Assembly (NCBI GenBank): GCA_002269645.1
Contig: NIVC01004065.1
Span: forward strand, 1 to 61,992
Source of the DNA: Macrostomum lignano
Taxonomy: Eukaryota
Direction of reading: 5' to 3'
Length of the DNA: 61,992 nucleotides
Part shown: in pieces, positions 39,201 through 55,084 of the stretch
Position numbering within the stretch: the stretch's first letter is position 1
How the letters are laid out: the number at the start of each line of letters is the position of its first letter
Notes under the pieces: model-generated
Database searches by the model: none
Told to the model about the DNA's origin: nothing
Seen by the model: only the letters and a program-made list of their open reading frames with translations
Program-made: the position numbers and the translations under genes

Positions 39201-40268
39201 GCCACCGCCGCTGCCGCCAGTGCGGTTGCTCTTGCCGTACCGGGTGGCCGGACTCGCGCCGAAACATCGCCTCCAGCGTCCGGCCCGGTGATGCGACGAA
39301 CCTCAAGCCTTCGTCGGGCTCAGGCAGTATCCCCTCTTGCCAGCGGGACTGAGGTCACCGTGACCCGCAGCCCCAGTGCGCACCAGCTGCCCCCGAAGAC
39401 TCAAACAACTGCGCTGTCATCCACTCAGGCTGAGTCCGCCGCCTCACTCATGACGATGCTGCGCGGACCGCGCGGGTTTGGGTTCACGATACGAGCCATT
39501 CGCGTCTACCAGGGCGAAACAAACCGCTTTCTACTGCACCATCTGGTGGTCTTCGTCCAGCCCGGCAGTCCCGCCCATTCAGCCGGACTGCGCTGCGGCG
39601 ACTTGGTGACCCACGTGCACGAGACCCGGGTCACGGGGCTGCCCCACCCGGCCGTGATCGCTATGATCCTGCGCGAGTCCCGCCTGCAGCTGCGCGCTCT
39701 GCCGCTGTCGGCCACTTCCATCCGGACAGACGGGCGGGCCAGGCAGAATGGCCGGATGCTTCGCCGGCACGGCCAGCCGCAGCACTCGGTCAAGCGTCCC
39801 GGCGTGTCAAGACAGTCTAGCGGAGCTTTGGCCACAACGGTGTCGGCGGCGCCGATAGCAACAGCAGCAGCAGCCGGTGCGACATCCGCGGCCGTAGCTG
39901 CGAGCTCGGATCACCTGCGGTATCGCGTACTTCGCGGAGGCGTCGACTCAGTGACCAGCGGTGGTAGCGAGAGCGGACGGCCGCAGCTGCTGCAGACACA
40001 GTCGCAGCCACTGAGCATCCAGACGCCGCAGCCGCGCGCTCGCGCCGCCTCGTCCGGCGCAGCGTCGGCCTCGCAGAGTCCCAGACGCAAATCATTGCAC
40101 GTGTCGCAGAGCCCTCTGGCAACCGGCAGCTCCGGCCGCCGTCAGGCCCAGCAGCCGCCGCCATCGAGTTCCCCGTCATCATCGGGTTCGACGCCACCGA
40201 GGCGAATCCCTATTCGAGGCCGGCACAACACGATGGCGGAGGGAGTCCGGCCCTGCCGCAGGCAGTGA
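29404..40268 (+). CDS. MAST: Microtubule-associated Ser/Thr kinase (DUF1908 + AGC kinase + PDZ)
   Basis: Exons about 29404/29425-29595 ([17 protein letters not shown]), 32214-32433, 35858-36993 (RRWSVASLP...SSGYGSNTP), 37078-37881 (kinase: [32 protein letters not shown]) and 38733-40268 (AGC tail [15 protein letters not shown]; [15 protein letters not shown]). Phases are consistent. Confidence 0.95.
29618..30346. repeat. 15/16-bp compound minisatellite in MAST intron
   Basis: Units TTGCAATCTCCGTGGG and TTGCAATTCTTTGTG. Confidence 0.96.
31043..32208. repeat. 23-bp minisatellite (~50 copies) running up to the MAST acceptor
   Basis: Unit TCAGCTATGGCTCTGTCTGTGAC. Confidence 0.97.
33146..33325. 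repeat. 29-bp minisatellite downstream of MICU
   Basis: Unit about CTAATGTACGCGCTGTAAAAACTCTATCC. Confidence 0.9.
33446..34740 (-). CDS. MICU3: Mitochondrial calcium uptake protein, MICU2/3 clade; intronless, nested in a MAST intron
   Basis: Basic/Ala-rich targeting-like N-terminus, [42 protein letters not shown] and C-terminal EF-hand [12 protein letters not shown]. One -1 frameshift at about 34190 (AAG CCA AGG should read AAG CCC AAG) joins ORFs 34159-34740 and 33446-34162. Confidence 0.93.
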
Positions 40269-41139
40269 GCTCCAAACTCTAGTAGTATTTTATTGTTGCC
40301 TAGCAACAGAATGCACAAATTTAAATTTCCAAAAAATTCAGCTTTCAACTTACTGGAAAACTGAAGCGACCCCGACTTACAATAGCAGAGTCCCGGTCTC
40401 AGCTCATGGACAATAAGAACAGGACGCTACACTCAAACTGTGCGAATTTTGCTATAGGCCGGTTCTCGTTGCAAGTTTTTAGTCCAGGACATTTTTAGTA
40501 TATGGAAGTTTTCTGTTTTTACAGCACAATATATCACCTTCTGGACTCTCAATATATCATCTTACTGTTTATCGATGGGCTTGCGAGTGCAGCTCGAACA
40601 AGACACAGGGTTTTCAATTCGATGTCCAGAAGGGAACATGTTTGGTAATTTAGTGCTAAGAATATGGAAAATTTTGCCAAAGCATTTTGCAACAAAAACC
40701 GGCCTTTGGCAAAACTCTACAGCGCTACTCTCCAGTTTGAGCACAAGCAGTGGTATTTTTGTATTAAAAGTGTATTTATTAAAATATTTTTGTTTGCACT
40801 GCTACGGTGGATTTCACCCAGTGATCTTCTATACCTGTACCTGCATCAAATATTTTGCGCCCCAAATTTTTTACCTGATTAATCTAGCCGCTAGCATTCG
40901 TACATGTTATCGCCAGCTCCGGTTATCTCTTTCTCAATCACTTCAGTAAGCGCCGTCACACTGTAACAGTGCTTTGCTGCGCTTTTTGCATCCGCTTTTG
41001 CTTGTGAGCTTTTTGGACTTTTGTTAGTCAAGCGGTTGAGGCCGGTCAGGGACCACTAGAAAGCAACTGTGGAATTTCGCATTCTCCCCGTGACATTCGA
41101 ACTTACAATCCCCACATTTCAAATCCTCGCACTGTACAT

Positions 41140-41262
41140 CCTCACACTTCACATCCACAAATTTCACAATTCCCAAAGTCACAATCCTTAAACTGCACAA
41201 TTCTCAAATTTCACAATTCTCAAACTACACAATTCCCAAACTTTAAAATTCCCAAACTTCAG
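41140..41262. repeat. Degenerate ~20-bp tandem repeat
   Basis: Unit about AAATTTCACAATTCTCAAAC. Confidence 0.7.
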
Positions 41263-42552
41263 ACAAGCAAAATCCTCCATCTACGCCTGCACTGAATCAA
41301 ACGTCTTGGAGAGTGTGACATCCGGAGTTGTCAAAGTACCTCTGAAAGACAAATGATATATTTTAGTAGTAGTTGAGTTGCAGTCTGGGAAATCGACTAT
41401 TTGGGGTCCATGGCAGTAATTGCAACCGGTTCTTTTATTATACCCTGTCCGATATTCAATATTCAATGCTGTGAATTTGAAATTATCTACGAACTATTAC
41501 AAGAAATAATGTTTCATTGCTGTGCCGTAGTTGTGGCCGCACATGCATACGAGTACCCACGTGTAAAACTGCATCCCACATGCGGCACAATTAATTATTA
41601 ATTGCACTGCCAGTAACTGTAAATGCATTCATTGCCAGCGTATTCCATTTCATAATTCATCAAAAATTGTTTAGGAAAAAAATTTACTTCGGTTCTTAGA
41701 AACATTCATAAATACCGCGGTCGCAATTTTTTTTGAAAAATTCATTGCAGAGGTGGAGCTGTTTGTGTTTGTCTGATGGAGACAAATTCAGTGTTTAAAA
41801 ATTTGCTATAATATGCCAGCCTCGCATAGAACTATTGGTACGTACTAGCTACTATTAGTATTCTTTTCATGTCCATTTTTTATTACAGCTAGATTCGTTG
41901 CATATGATACTTTTGTGATAGGGCATAGTTATTAGTGTCGCTTCAATAACTTTTTTGCCTGGATTTAATTATTTACACTACTTTTTGCTACACTACATGT
42001 ACACTACTGTTAGTAGGTCTAGTCCGGGAAAATGTCAGAAGTAGATTATTTAGAGGGCTTAACTTGTCTGTATGACGGGCTGAAACATTTGTCATTGATA
42101 GTACGATGGGATGAAGGTAGGTCCCAGCAGAACGTGACCAGGAAGGAGCTTTGAAGCAACCAGGTTGAGCTGTATACACTCTGGTTGGCAACTCTTCAAG
42201 CTGAATCGCTTCACTGCATTGGTGACTGGTATAAAGGCACCGGTTGGGGATAGGGCCCAAGTCGCAGTGGCGACTAGGCTACAGGAACTAATACATCCCC
42301 CATTAGCATAAAAGTCGTTTCCTATGGCTGGTGCACTTCTTACTTAAAGTAGTACCTCCAGAGAGAACACTTAAACTTGATTGAAATCTTGAGCCGGGTA
42401 GGTTTTGGGAACTTAGGAGCTCAGGAGTCTGACCTGTAGAACTAAGAAATCTAAAGGTAGCAGCGAACTGCCAATTACCAGTAGCTAATTTTCCAGAAAT
42501 TTATCAAGAAACGAAACGAAATGCGTAGCCAAAAGGGTATAGGGGTCATGAC

Positions 42553-42900
42553 CTGCCTTCTCTCTCCTCTCCCTCTCCCCCTCCCTGTTTCCACTCTCCC
42601 ACTCTCACCTTCCCCTTCCCACTCTCTCCCTCTCCCCTCCCTCTTCTCACTCTCCCCTCCCTCTTCCCAGTCTCTCCCCTCCCTCTTCCCAGTCTCTCCC
42701 CTCCCTCTTCCCAGTCTCTCCCCTCCCTCTTCCCACTCTCCCCTCCCTCTTCCCAGTCTCTCCCCTCCCTCTTCCCAGTCTCTCCCCTCCCTCTTCCCAC
42801 TCTCTCGCCTCACCCTCCTCCGACTCTCTCGCCTCACCCTCCTCCGACTCTCTCGCCTCTCCCCTTACCCTCCTCCGACTCTCTTGCCTCTCCCCTCCCA
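42553..42900. repeat. Polypyrimidine/polypurine tandem repeat
   Basis: Units such as CCCTCCCTCTTCCCAGTCTCTC. Confidence 0.92.
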
Positions 42901-42966
42901 CTTTCCACAATCCCCCTTCTCTAAAAAAGCAAACAAAGTCGTTTCATTCGTCAACTTCGTTTAAAG

Positions 42967-43172
42967 TAGCGGTTGGCAAGCTTATGGCTGCGGGCCAGAT
43001 GAGAGAGAGGAAAGGATCGAGAATAGAGGAGAGAAGAGATGAGAGAAGAGAGAGATGAGAAGAGACATAAAGCCTGATCGGACCTGATTGTGAAGTTTCA
43101 AAAGACCCGAGAACCGGATAGAGAGGCTTAGCTGGCCGTATGTGGCCCGTAGGCCGGAGCTCGCCAACCGTC
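42967..43172. mobile_element. Short hAT-like non-autonomous element (MITE)
   Basis: Imperfect terminal inverted repeats CGGTTGGC...GCGGGCCAGAT and ATGTGGCCCGTAGGCCGG...GCCAACCG resemble the GGCCCGCGGGCCACA subterminal motif of hAT MITEs. TSD not confirmed. Confidence 0.5.
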
Positions 43173-43753
43173 TTAAACAATAGAATAATTTTTTTGAAAA
43201 TTTCAGCTGTGTTGGTGTGTGGGCGTAAAACCAATTGAAAATAGCTAGCTAATCGTAAATTCAAGCGTGTGAGATGATTCGATTACTTTCGATAACGGCT
43301 ATGAATTTTTCTGTAAAGCAGAGGAAAAATCAGGCGTCTGCTCTTATCGAACTATCAGAGCAATTATTGAAGCGTGAACCGGGCCTGATAAGCTTTTGTT
43401 TAACAATCAACTTGAATTAAATTTTTATTATTCTCAGTCAGCCTCAACTGAAGCGACAGTCCAGTCAAGCGAAACTGGCTCAATTCACGCGTCGCTGAAT
43501 GTACATTTTAGGTGGGGCGAATGTACATACTGGCCGACGCTCGGCAGTGGAGCGAGGGCTAGGGGGTGAAGGGGGTAAATAAAACGATTGGTAGAAATTA
43601 TGAGACCAAAAAATCATTTTAACAAGCAGGCCTTTTAGCCAGTGTATATGCAAAATATTTTATAACAAGATCAGGCCGGCTTCAATACACAAGACACAAG
43701 AAGAACTGTATAGATTGTTGTCAGTTTCTCTAGAAGCAATCCAGCAGCATTGT

Positions 43754-45483
43754 ATGGATGGTTTGATGAGCCTGCTGCTAGGTGGCGGCGGCGCCGGCGC
43801 CAACAGCAGCGGCGATGCAGCCAGCGGCAGCGGCAGCGGCGGGGCAGCCACCGGCGAAGCCTCACCAATAGAGCAGCTGTGCCAGTTGAAGGCATGGTCA
43901 ATACCGGGGCTTATCGAAAATGCCACCGCTATGGATCAATACGTCAAGGACTGCGTCAGGCAGAACGATCGAGTAGAGTTCAATAGCAGCACCAACTACA
44001 CAGGCACTGACTTCGCCTACAACTATGACAGCGCCAAGGAGGCGGCGGTCATCGCAATTTATTGCTTCCTGTGCACCGGCTGCCTGCTGGGTGAGCGTCT
44101 GCCATTGTTCTGTCTGAACCCCCTGATCATACATAACAATGAATCCGTCAGCTAGCGCGACACTTTACCCCTCAATCCGTCAGCTAGCGCCTCACTTTAT
44201 CCATTGATCCGTCAGCTAGCGCCTCACTTTATCCCTTGATCCGTCAGCTAGCGCCTCACTTTATCCCTCGATCCGTCAGCTAGCGCCACCCCTTAACCCT
44301 TGATCCGTCAGCTAGCGCCTCACCTTATCCCTCGATCGTCAGCTAGCGCCACACCTTATCCATCAATCCGTCAGCTAGCGCCACACCTTATCCCTCGATC
44401 CGTCAGCTAGCGCCACACTTTATCCCTCTAGCTGAGCCATCTCTACCCCTCAATTTCCGCGACAGGCAACGTGACGGTGATTAGCGTGATCCTGGCCAAC
44501 AAGACCATGCGCCGGTCTATCACCAACATTCTGATTATCAACCTGGCCGTCGCGGACTTCGGCGTCGGCGTGTTCAGCGGCCTACAGGCTTACTTGGAGA
44601 GCAGCCTTCAGGCTAGCAGCAGCGCCTATAGCAATGCACCAGTGAGTGGTAACGAGAAATTTTTGGCGTGTACCAAGCGAAATCAAGAGCTTTTGCCTGT
44701 GACTAAAACCGACAGTTCCGATCTGTTCTGGCCTGCAAAATCTGGTAGTAATTTGCGATTTCGATCGAGAGTCAAAAGAAAGCACGGTATATTCTAAAGG
44801 ATAGAGTCTTTTCTTGCGTTGCACAGATAGCTACATAGGGGGACCATCTACTCTACGAGCGTACATGTAGTTCTAAGATCTGTGGCGGAAATTCAAGGAT
44901 ACTTATTACCAAATACCAGCGTTCCTCTTGTCGATTTGACAAGACTACAAGTGACAGGTGTGTTTTGACGAACCTGCTGAAGGCTCATTCAGATCGCCAA
45001 CAATTGAGCCATCAAAGCGCACGAAGTGACGTCGCTCTGTCACGTTAATCGCGCGAAACGCTACGCCGAAGCATCCCTTCTTCCCACCCCGCAGTTGATG
45101 TGCAAATTCCAGCAGGTTCTCCAGGTGACCATACTGGCTGGCAGCGTCTGCATCCTGCTAATCATCAGCATCGACAGGTACATGGCCATCCTGTACCCGC
45201 TGACCCAGCGGCAGAACCGCAAGAAGCGCTGGTACATTGTAGTCAGCATCTGCTGCTGGCTATTCGCCCTGTTCTTCGCCCTGCCGAATTTGTACTTTTT
45301 CAACTACAGCAGCAGCTCGCGGATGTGCCAGGTGACCAGCCGGCTGAAGGATTTCTTCTTTATCTACTACTGCGTCAGCGTTGCTCTGCTCTACGCGATC
45401 CCGTTCGGCATCATGGCCTTCGCATACGGCCGGGTCAGCGCCCGACTGCTCAGCAGCATCAACCAGTTCGGCGTTGAGTTCTC

Positions 45484-45516
<33 letters not shown>

Positions 45517-46015
45517 AGGCGGAGGAGGTCGAGGCCGCGGCCGCGGCGATGAGCCGACCACAACCATCGTGACTAGCGAGGCCACCTCCGAGGCTGCCGG
45601 TGGCGGCCAGGGCGGCGAGGAAGCCGCCGACGTGGCCGCAGCCAAGAAGCAGCTGGAGCTGCAGCAGGCCAAGGAGGGAAAACTGCCGCAGCCCACCGAG
45701 ACTACGAAGATCAATCCGAAGAAGTCGGCCGCCAAGGCGCATAGCAACCCAGCCGAGGCCAGGAAGCGAACCGTGCAGATGTTCATCACCATTGTTGCCG
45801 TGTTCTTCCTCTGCAAGCTGCCCAAGACAATCTACGTGATCATCCTGTTCACCAATCCAGCCGCGGTGGCGCTGAACCCGTCTCTGGATGTCCTGGTGGT
45901 GGCAATCTACCTGCTGTACCTGCTGCCCAGCGCCACCAATCCGGCCATCTATTTTGTGTTCTCCCGGCAGTACAGGGCTGGCCTGGTGAACCTGCTGACC
46001 TGTCAGCTCGACTGA
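43754..46015 (+). CDS. Class A (rhodopsin-like) GPCR, peptide-receptor-like
   Basis: Exons 43754-44090 (start could be 43715), 44466-44641 and 45095-46015. Motifs: TM1 GN, TM2 NLAVAD, ECL1/TM3 Cys, SIDRY, TM4 W, TM5 P, TM6 CKLP, NPAIY; N-glycosylation sequons in the N-terminus. Confidence 0.93.
44140..44430. repeat. 32-bp minisatellite in GPCR intron 1
   Basis: Unit about TCCGTCAGCTAGCGCCTCACTTTATCCCTTGA. Confidence 0.93.
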
Positions 46016-47115
46016 CCTGATGAAACCGGGGGTGAAGATGTGCAGTGACAGAGATTGATACTGAGTGGGATGATGCGCTTCTACGCTCGTAAAAGACATT
46101 TTTTGGAGTGAGGCAAGATTCTGTAAAATGTAAGGTGATATGCGGTTTAAAACATGAATTTTTTTCGTTGTGAATCAATAAGTGATGGTATGCTTTTGGA
46201 GCAACTAAGGGGTAAGAAGTCTGTGTGACTGGGGTGGGAAATTTGTTAGAGGCGATTCTGTGAACGATTACAAAAAGACTGGAAATACTGGACTTAATTA
46301 ACTGAATAAAGCTGCGCTTGTTAGTTTTTTGATTGACGTTGTTTGAAAGCTATAATAAGAGTCTACATATTATTCTGCACAAAGTTATTTTATATTTTAT
46401 CACCTATGCAGAAATATTTTCTTAATAATTTTCTGGAAAACACTGTACTATTACCAAGTAGACTATCGCAATGACCTTAGACTTTTATGTCGGTTTCGGG
46501 ACCTCTATTGTAATCTGATGGAGTAAGTAAAACAAGGTGAAATTTGTTGTTTCAAACGACATTTTTTGTTATCGACTTCCTGGTGATTGTAGAGCTCGTA
46601 TTTTAGTACATGAGCACATTGATTTTTGTTGTAAGTTTAATCAATTATCAACGCATAATACTGTGTGATTATAATTCTTTTAATTTTTACACCCGAGGAA
46701 ATTCCAAAAGCACTTGGGGACATGGCCTCGCTTGTTCTACTCCCAAGATATTAATATTTTTTTAGATTTTGAAATCTATTGTATTGCACTTTGTAGGAAG
46801 TATTTTAACTTTCCAATACTAAGTCTAGGGAGTGCAGTAAATCATTTTACTAATTATTGCATGCCGAAATTAATAATAAAGCGATCTTTAAAGCTATGAG
46901 AAACACGCCAGCAAAAATATTATAAATGTAAGTCTTTAATACATTAATATTTAGATAATTACTTACAACATTATCTTTTTATAAATAAAAATATTATAAC
47001 TAATTTGTAAATGAAAAAATGAGTAAATAGTAAACAACTATTACACGTTTTTTTAGATTAAATATTATATAATACCGTACCTGATTACATAATTTAAGTC
47101 GGCTCACTTGACAAC

Positions 47116-47231
47116 GGGCCCGTTCTAAAAAGCCATCGTAAGATAAGATCGTTCTTAGCTCCTATCTCCACAGTGTAAAAGTTCCGACGTACGATCGGAC
47201 TTACGCTACGACAGCTTTATAGTACGACCCC
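47116..47231. mobile_element. Palindromic MITE (PIF/Harbinger-like), copy 1
   Basis: Imperfect TIRs GGGCCCGTTCTAAAAAG / CTTTATAGTACGACCCC; a near-identical copy lies at 48560. Superfamily is a guess from the TIR style. Confidence 0.65.
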
Positions 47232-47269
47232 AACTTACTTACCTTAACAAACCGAGAAACTCTGGGAGC

Positions 47270-49323
47270 TGTGAGCGTCGTGATGAAGTATTTTTTAACA
47301 AATGAAATTCATTTACGAGCCGCTAAGATCCCATGTCTAGGGACATTTTGTACAGTATGCTCACTGACTGAAAGTGCAGCGCAAAGTATAATTAAAAACA
47401 CCCAGCTTCTGATGAGACGAGCTAAAGGCTGCTGCTCAAAATCAAGACTGGAATTCAATTCTTCAAAAAACCAAACTGGCTGGTCTTATGGAACCTCTGA
47501 TGACAGAAGCTCCCAGCGAAAATTGAACGTCGGTTCTAACACTTCGAAGCAGTGTCCAAACTGAGCAAGTGGGATGACAATTCGTTCAGAACTTTGCCCT
47601 CATTGCACACCTCGGCAAGAAGGTCCTCGAACTGCTGGCGAATGCACTCTTACCGGAGAAGCGGGAAAGCAAGAGCTACGCTGCTCTGAGAACCGTGCGA
47701 AACGAACCTAGGAGACGAATGCGGCAAAATTCTTTATTACGCGTTCCATCACCTTAAGCAGGACGACGGCGAAGACATTTCTGCCTATGCAAGAAGGCTA
47801 GGCGCGGAGAACTGCGGTTTCACAAGTGCAAAACTTAGTGACCGCCTAACGGTACGAATTTACCCTCCGCCTGTTGAACAAGGAAACCATCAAAAAATCT
47901 CTCACGGGGAAACTGCAGGGAATGACATGGGACAAAGTGGAGGATCGTTGTGGAAGCAGCAGGATAAATATACATGTATATACGTAGTCAATGGGACAAA
48001 ATCAGGATGATACTGGATACCGCGGGTCGTCATCAACGCTCGTGTTAAGCTCGGTGTTTCAGAGCCTATCCAACACAGCAGAGGTGAGGTCCACAACCAT
48101 ACAATTCGCTGCGTACCAAGGGGACCCAGTGCTAGTAAATGGCAACTGTGAACGCCAAGCTGAACTGTGTGAGTTTTGACCTAATGCTCCGTGTGGTGGA
48201 CAACCCGGATACAGAATCGATCTAGACTGGATTGCTGTCCTTGAGCCAGATCTCTACACTTATTACAAAATTCACGCTGCCAGAAGACGGTTCTAACTCG
48301 GCAGCAACGTGCACAGTAAGAAAATTTGCTGCATCAATTGAATCGGGAGCAAAGCCCATCTTTTTTTAAACCTCGGCAAATTCCCTATGAGATTCAGGAC
48401 GATGTCAAAGCCGAGTTAAAGAGAATGCAAGAGGCTGTGCAGCTCCAGGTGGAATCCAGCGAGTGGGCTACACCTATCGTCTGTGTTTAGAAGCAGTCTG
48501 GGAAAAGTCCGGATTTTTGGTGACTAAAAGGTTACCCTCAACCCACTGCTGAAAGACATGGGGCCCGTTCTATGAAGTCATCGTAAGATAAGATCGTTCT
48601 TAGCTCCTATCTCCGCAGTGAAAAAGTTCCGACGTACGATCGAACTTATGCTACGTCACCCCACCCCATGGTGTCTACAACGCCTACGACAAATGACGGA
48701 GTGCTATCGAAACTAGGTCGTGCCCGTCAATTTTCTAAATTAGAGGGCTGACGTGAAGCAACATTCAGAGCTGCGTCGATCGGTTTCTGCTTCGCCTTCA
48801 ATACCGGATTTCAGACACTCAACAACACAACAGGAAAATCGCCCTTTGAGCTGATGAGAAGATCCGCGCCCCAAAATTCCTCCTCTTCCCAGAATTAGAA
48901 ATGATATGACTAAATGGAAGTCTGGTGAAGTGGTGGCAACAGAAGGAAATGTCGTGGTCGATGTTGAACTGTAGGACCGAAGGCGCAGACACTACGATCG
49001 TGAACAAACAAAATCGAAAATTTCCGGTTTTTATGACCTGATGGAGGCGGAGACGGTAGAACATACTTAACAATGATCCGGTCTTCGCAGGAGTCAACGC
49101 CATGGACGAGTACCAGGGTGACTGAATTATCACAAGCTGGATTGCCGACCTAAATGTAAACTAACGGGAAGGAGTGTTAGCGTTGTGATGAACTTTTATT
49201 TATTTAGCGAATGCACTTTATTTACAAACCGGCAACGGCTGAGATCCGTTATAAATGTATATAGACTTTTTGTACAGTATGTTCACTAACTGAAAGAGCG
49301 GAACAATATCATTTAAGAAAACA
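47270..49323 (+). mobile_element. Degenerate, internally deleted Gypsy LTR retrotransposon
   Basis: Diverged direct repeats with TG...CA ends (47270-47400 and 49175-49323), polypurine tract AACGGGAAGGAG before the 3' LTR, and remnants of gag, protease (IESGA), RT (SEWATPIVCV...GD*KVTLNP) and integrase (GKSPFELM; KWKSGEVVA). No TSD seen. Confidence 0.8.
48560..48662. mobile_element. Palindromic MITE, copy 2, inserted in the Gypsy RT remnant
   Basis: About 100 bp match to 47116-47231; right end truncated. Confidence 0.7.
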
Positions 49324-50586
49324 ATGATTCTCTTCCTTCCCAAGAGAACAAAACCGATGGCTCTCGCACCGAAATCCCGGTTTCGATTCCGCTTTGATCG
49401 AGCTTGCGCACAAAAATTTTCTAGAGGCTTGTCAGAAGATTTGAAAGTCAAGGTCAACTGCTGCAATTGGACTGGTGTTCATACAAACCACAAAGCTGAT
49501 TGCTTTAGCACAAATTAGAGAACGGAATTTTTCACTTCGTATTTTATTAATGTGCAACAGAAAATGACAGAAATATATTCTTTTGCATTATGCTACTCGT
49601 AATTATATTAAAATAAAAAACTGGTTGCTTTTTTATTTTTCATTTTAATAGGACAATTATAGCGAAGTAGATATTTGAATATGTTAATAAGTAATGGAGA
49701 CACTGTGCGGTCGTAATCACAGTAATTAGATATAGTTGATGAAGCAGCTATTACATCCATATATTATAATAATTTGTACTGTTTAATAGTACAGAGAGGG
49801 GGGCACAATGCGACCAAGAGGGCTTGCCGCAATCAGCATCTGAATAAATCCAATACAAATAGTGGGACAATGAAGAAGTTATTCTGCCAATTGGCGAGTC
49901 CACCCCTCGCAATGAACACTGTCAGTTAATGTACTTAATTATAAATTCTGCATTTCTACCAGTAGTACGCATATATATAAGGTCTGTACACAGAATATGA
50001 AGATATAGAGCAGAAATAAATAGATAAATCGTTACCAGTACCAGAGACCGGCGCAATTTCATTCATCTTCATATTTATTTTCATAACTAAAATTGTAAGA
50101 AAGAAGCTTTAGATACTACTTATTACTAAACCCAAATAAAGTAGGCGCGAAGAAATCTTATTATCCTCAAGATAACAATAGAAGATAATCGCAATCGCCC
50201 AAAGGATATTCATAGCTGATGAACAAACAACAAATCAATTTTGAAACTGTTCAGGAAAAAACTGATGTTTTTGCAAAATAAAGCTACAAATATTTTAACA
50301 GAGAAATTATATAAAAATAAAAAGTAACAATATATTGGGATAAATATTTGGAATACGGGAAATTAAAGAGCAGTTCAACAGAAAAATGGATTCATTGAGT
50401 TTTCTCTTTTTTTCTATTTCTAGTGCAATCCGGGCCAATTAGTCAGTTTTATTGTAACTCTCGAGTAGTCAAGGTTTCAACTATTGACAAACCAAAAAAC
50501 AAATAAACAGAAAGCGCGCCGCCAACCCTCTTTTCTCTCAGTCTCCAAATCTGCTTGGTCTCAAGTGCTGCTGCTGCTGCTTCTGC

Positions 50587-53465
<2,879 letters not shown>

Positions 53466-55084
53466 CTGTTCATTTGGTTCATCGGGAGGACGTAGTCAAT
53501 GTTTTGGTGTTGTTAAAAAATGCTCGCATCAATGATTCTGAGATCAAAGGTTCCTCATCTTTGACATAAATATGTAGTTGCTAATTAGGCTTCTTGAGTC
53601 ATGGTCTTCCCGTGTCAAAATTGGAAAAGGCACAACAAAACTTTAATCTTTAATATGCTTTTTCCAAATGTTGATTTTTGTTATTATAATCTTTAAAATG
53701 AACTTTAAACCCATCTGTTAATGTAAGCTTGTGAAAGTTAGAAATTGCATATACTATTAATAATTAGAATTAAATAATTAGAATTAAATATCTCCAAGTC
53801 TCAATCGAATCTTATATTCTATCATCAAAAAAATATTGAACCTTGAAAATCTCAAAAATTTAATATAATCAGACTCCTAGTATAAAGAATAAGCAAAACT
53901 AAAAATAGAGACTATATATTCACTTTCATTATACAATAATTTAAATGGGGATGCAAGGTGATTATAGTCTATAGGACAAAACTGTCCTTACAATCAAAGA
54001 TTATATAGCACAAGCCCCATCCCTTATATGGACAATAGTAGGTGATTGCACAACAATGAAAAATGCCAACTTTTTAAGGTATTTTTCAAAAGTTTTCTGC
54101 CATGGTCTACGAGTAGATCATGCTAAGTGAATGCCAGAATACTCCCAACTTAATTTACAAATGTACGCCAATGCTAAGCAGATGTATGCTAGTGCCAAAC
54201 AAATTCAGTCCAAGAGGGAAGAGATTTTAATGAAACAATACATCTAATTAATAGTCAAATTGTAACATTTCTGTAAAATAACAGTAGTGTAGATCTAAAA
54301 TAATTAAAAATCAATTATGAATGCTATGCAGTAGTCACTTTAGCAACAGGACATGGCAATGAACACTGGCAACAAGACATTTTGGTGATAGTCACTTTGG
54401 CAACAATTTTAAATCATTTTGGCAAATCTGTAAATATATGGATTTAACAAAAATATGCAGCAGTTGCTTTGGAATAACTTTTTGTGCTTCAAAACATTGT
54501 TTAATAGCCATTTGAACTAAACTGATCTATATTTCTCAAAAAGTTATTGCTCAAAAAGAAAGAGCAATATGGTAACAGAAAAACTGGCAGTTTATAGAAA
54601 ACAGAAAAAAGTAAAAAGAATTTTAGAATCAATTTATTGAAAGATGATTCAGTTAACAAATAAAAGCTTATTCAATGCATCCCAGACAATTGCAAAAATA
54701 CTTGCCAAAAGTGGCTGAAACAGATAATTTAAAAAAAGCTATGAAAGCTACAGAAAAGTTATAGAATGCCATAGCTACGGATATGGCTATGGGAAGTTAT
54801 GGATACAGAGGTTTTTTTGGCAAAGTATATAAAATACTGATATGGTTATGGGAACACATTTCTTATAGGCTATATCTAGTTCCCATATTTAGCAATACCA
54901 CTCAACTAAAACATGAAAGACCATTGGAGCTGATGGATATAAGGTAATAGAAATAAATTAGTTTTGCTACAGCTTGAGCAGCAGCACTTTATATAGCAAC
55001 TCAAGACAAAGGGCCTCCAACTAGATGATGTGGCCAGCCAATCAAAGTTGTCACCCACAGAAGGCTATATCAAGGGTCTACGAC

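Noticed and set aside
40672-40714. 11-bp perfect inverted repeat with 21-nt spacer
   Set aside because: Isolated; no TSD or second copy to support a MITE or regulatory role.
42100-42290. SINE-like segment ending in hairpin AGTCGC-AGTG-GCGACT
   Set aside because: No pol III A/B boxes found and no second copy in the window.
47408-47445. CTGATGAG as a hammerhead ribozyme core (also near 48853)
   Set aside because: No GAAA after a stem II and no stems I/III; lies within Gypsy sequence.
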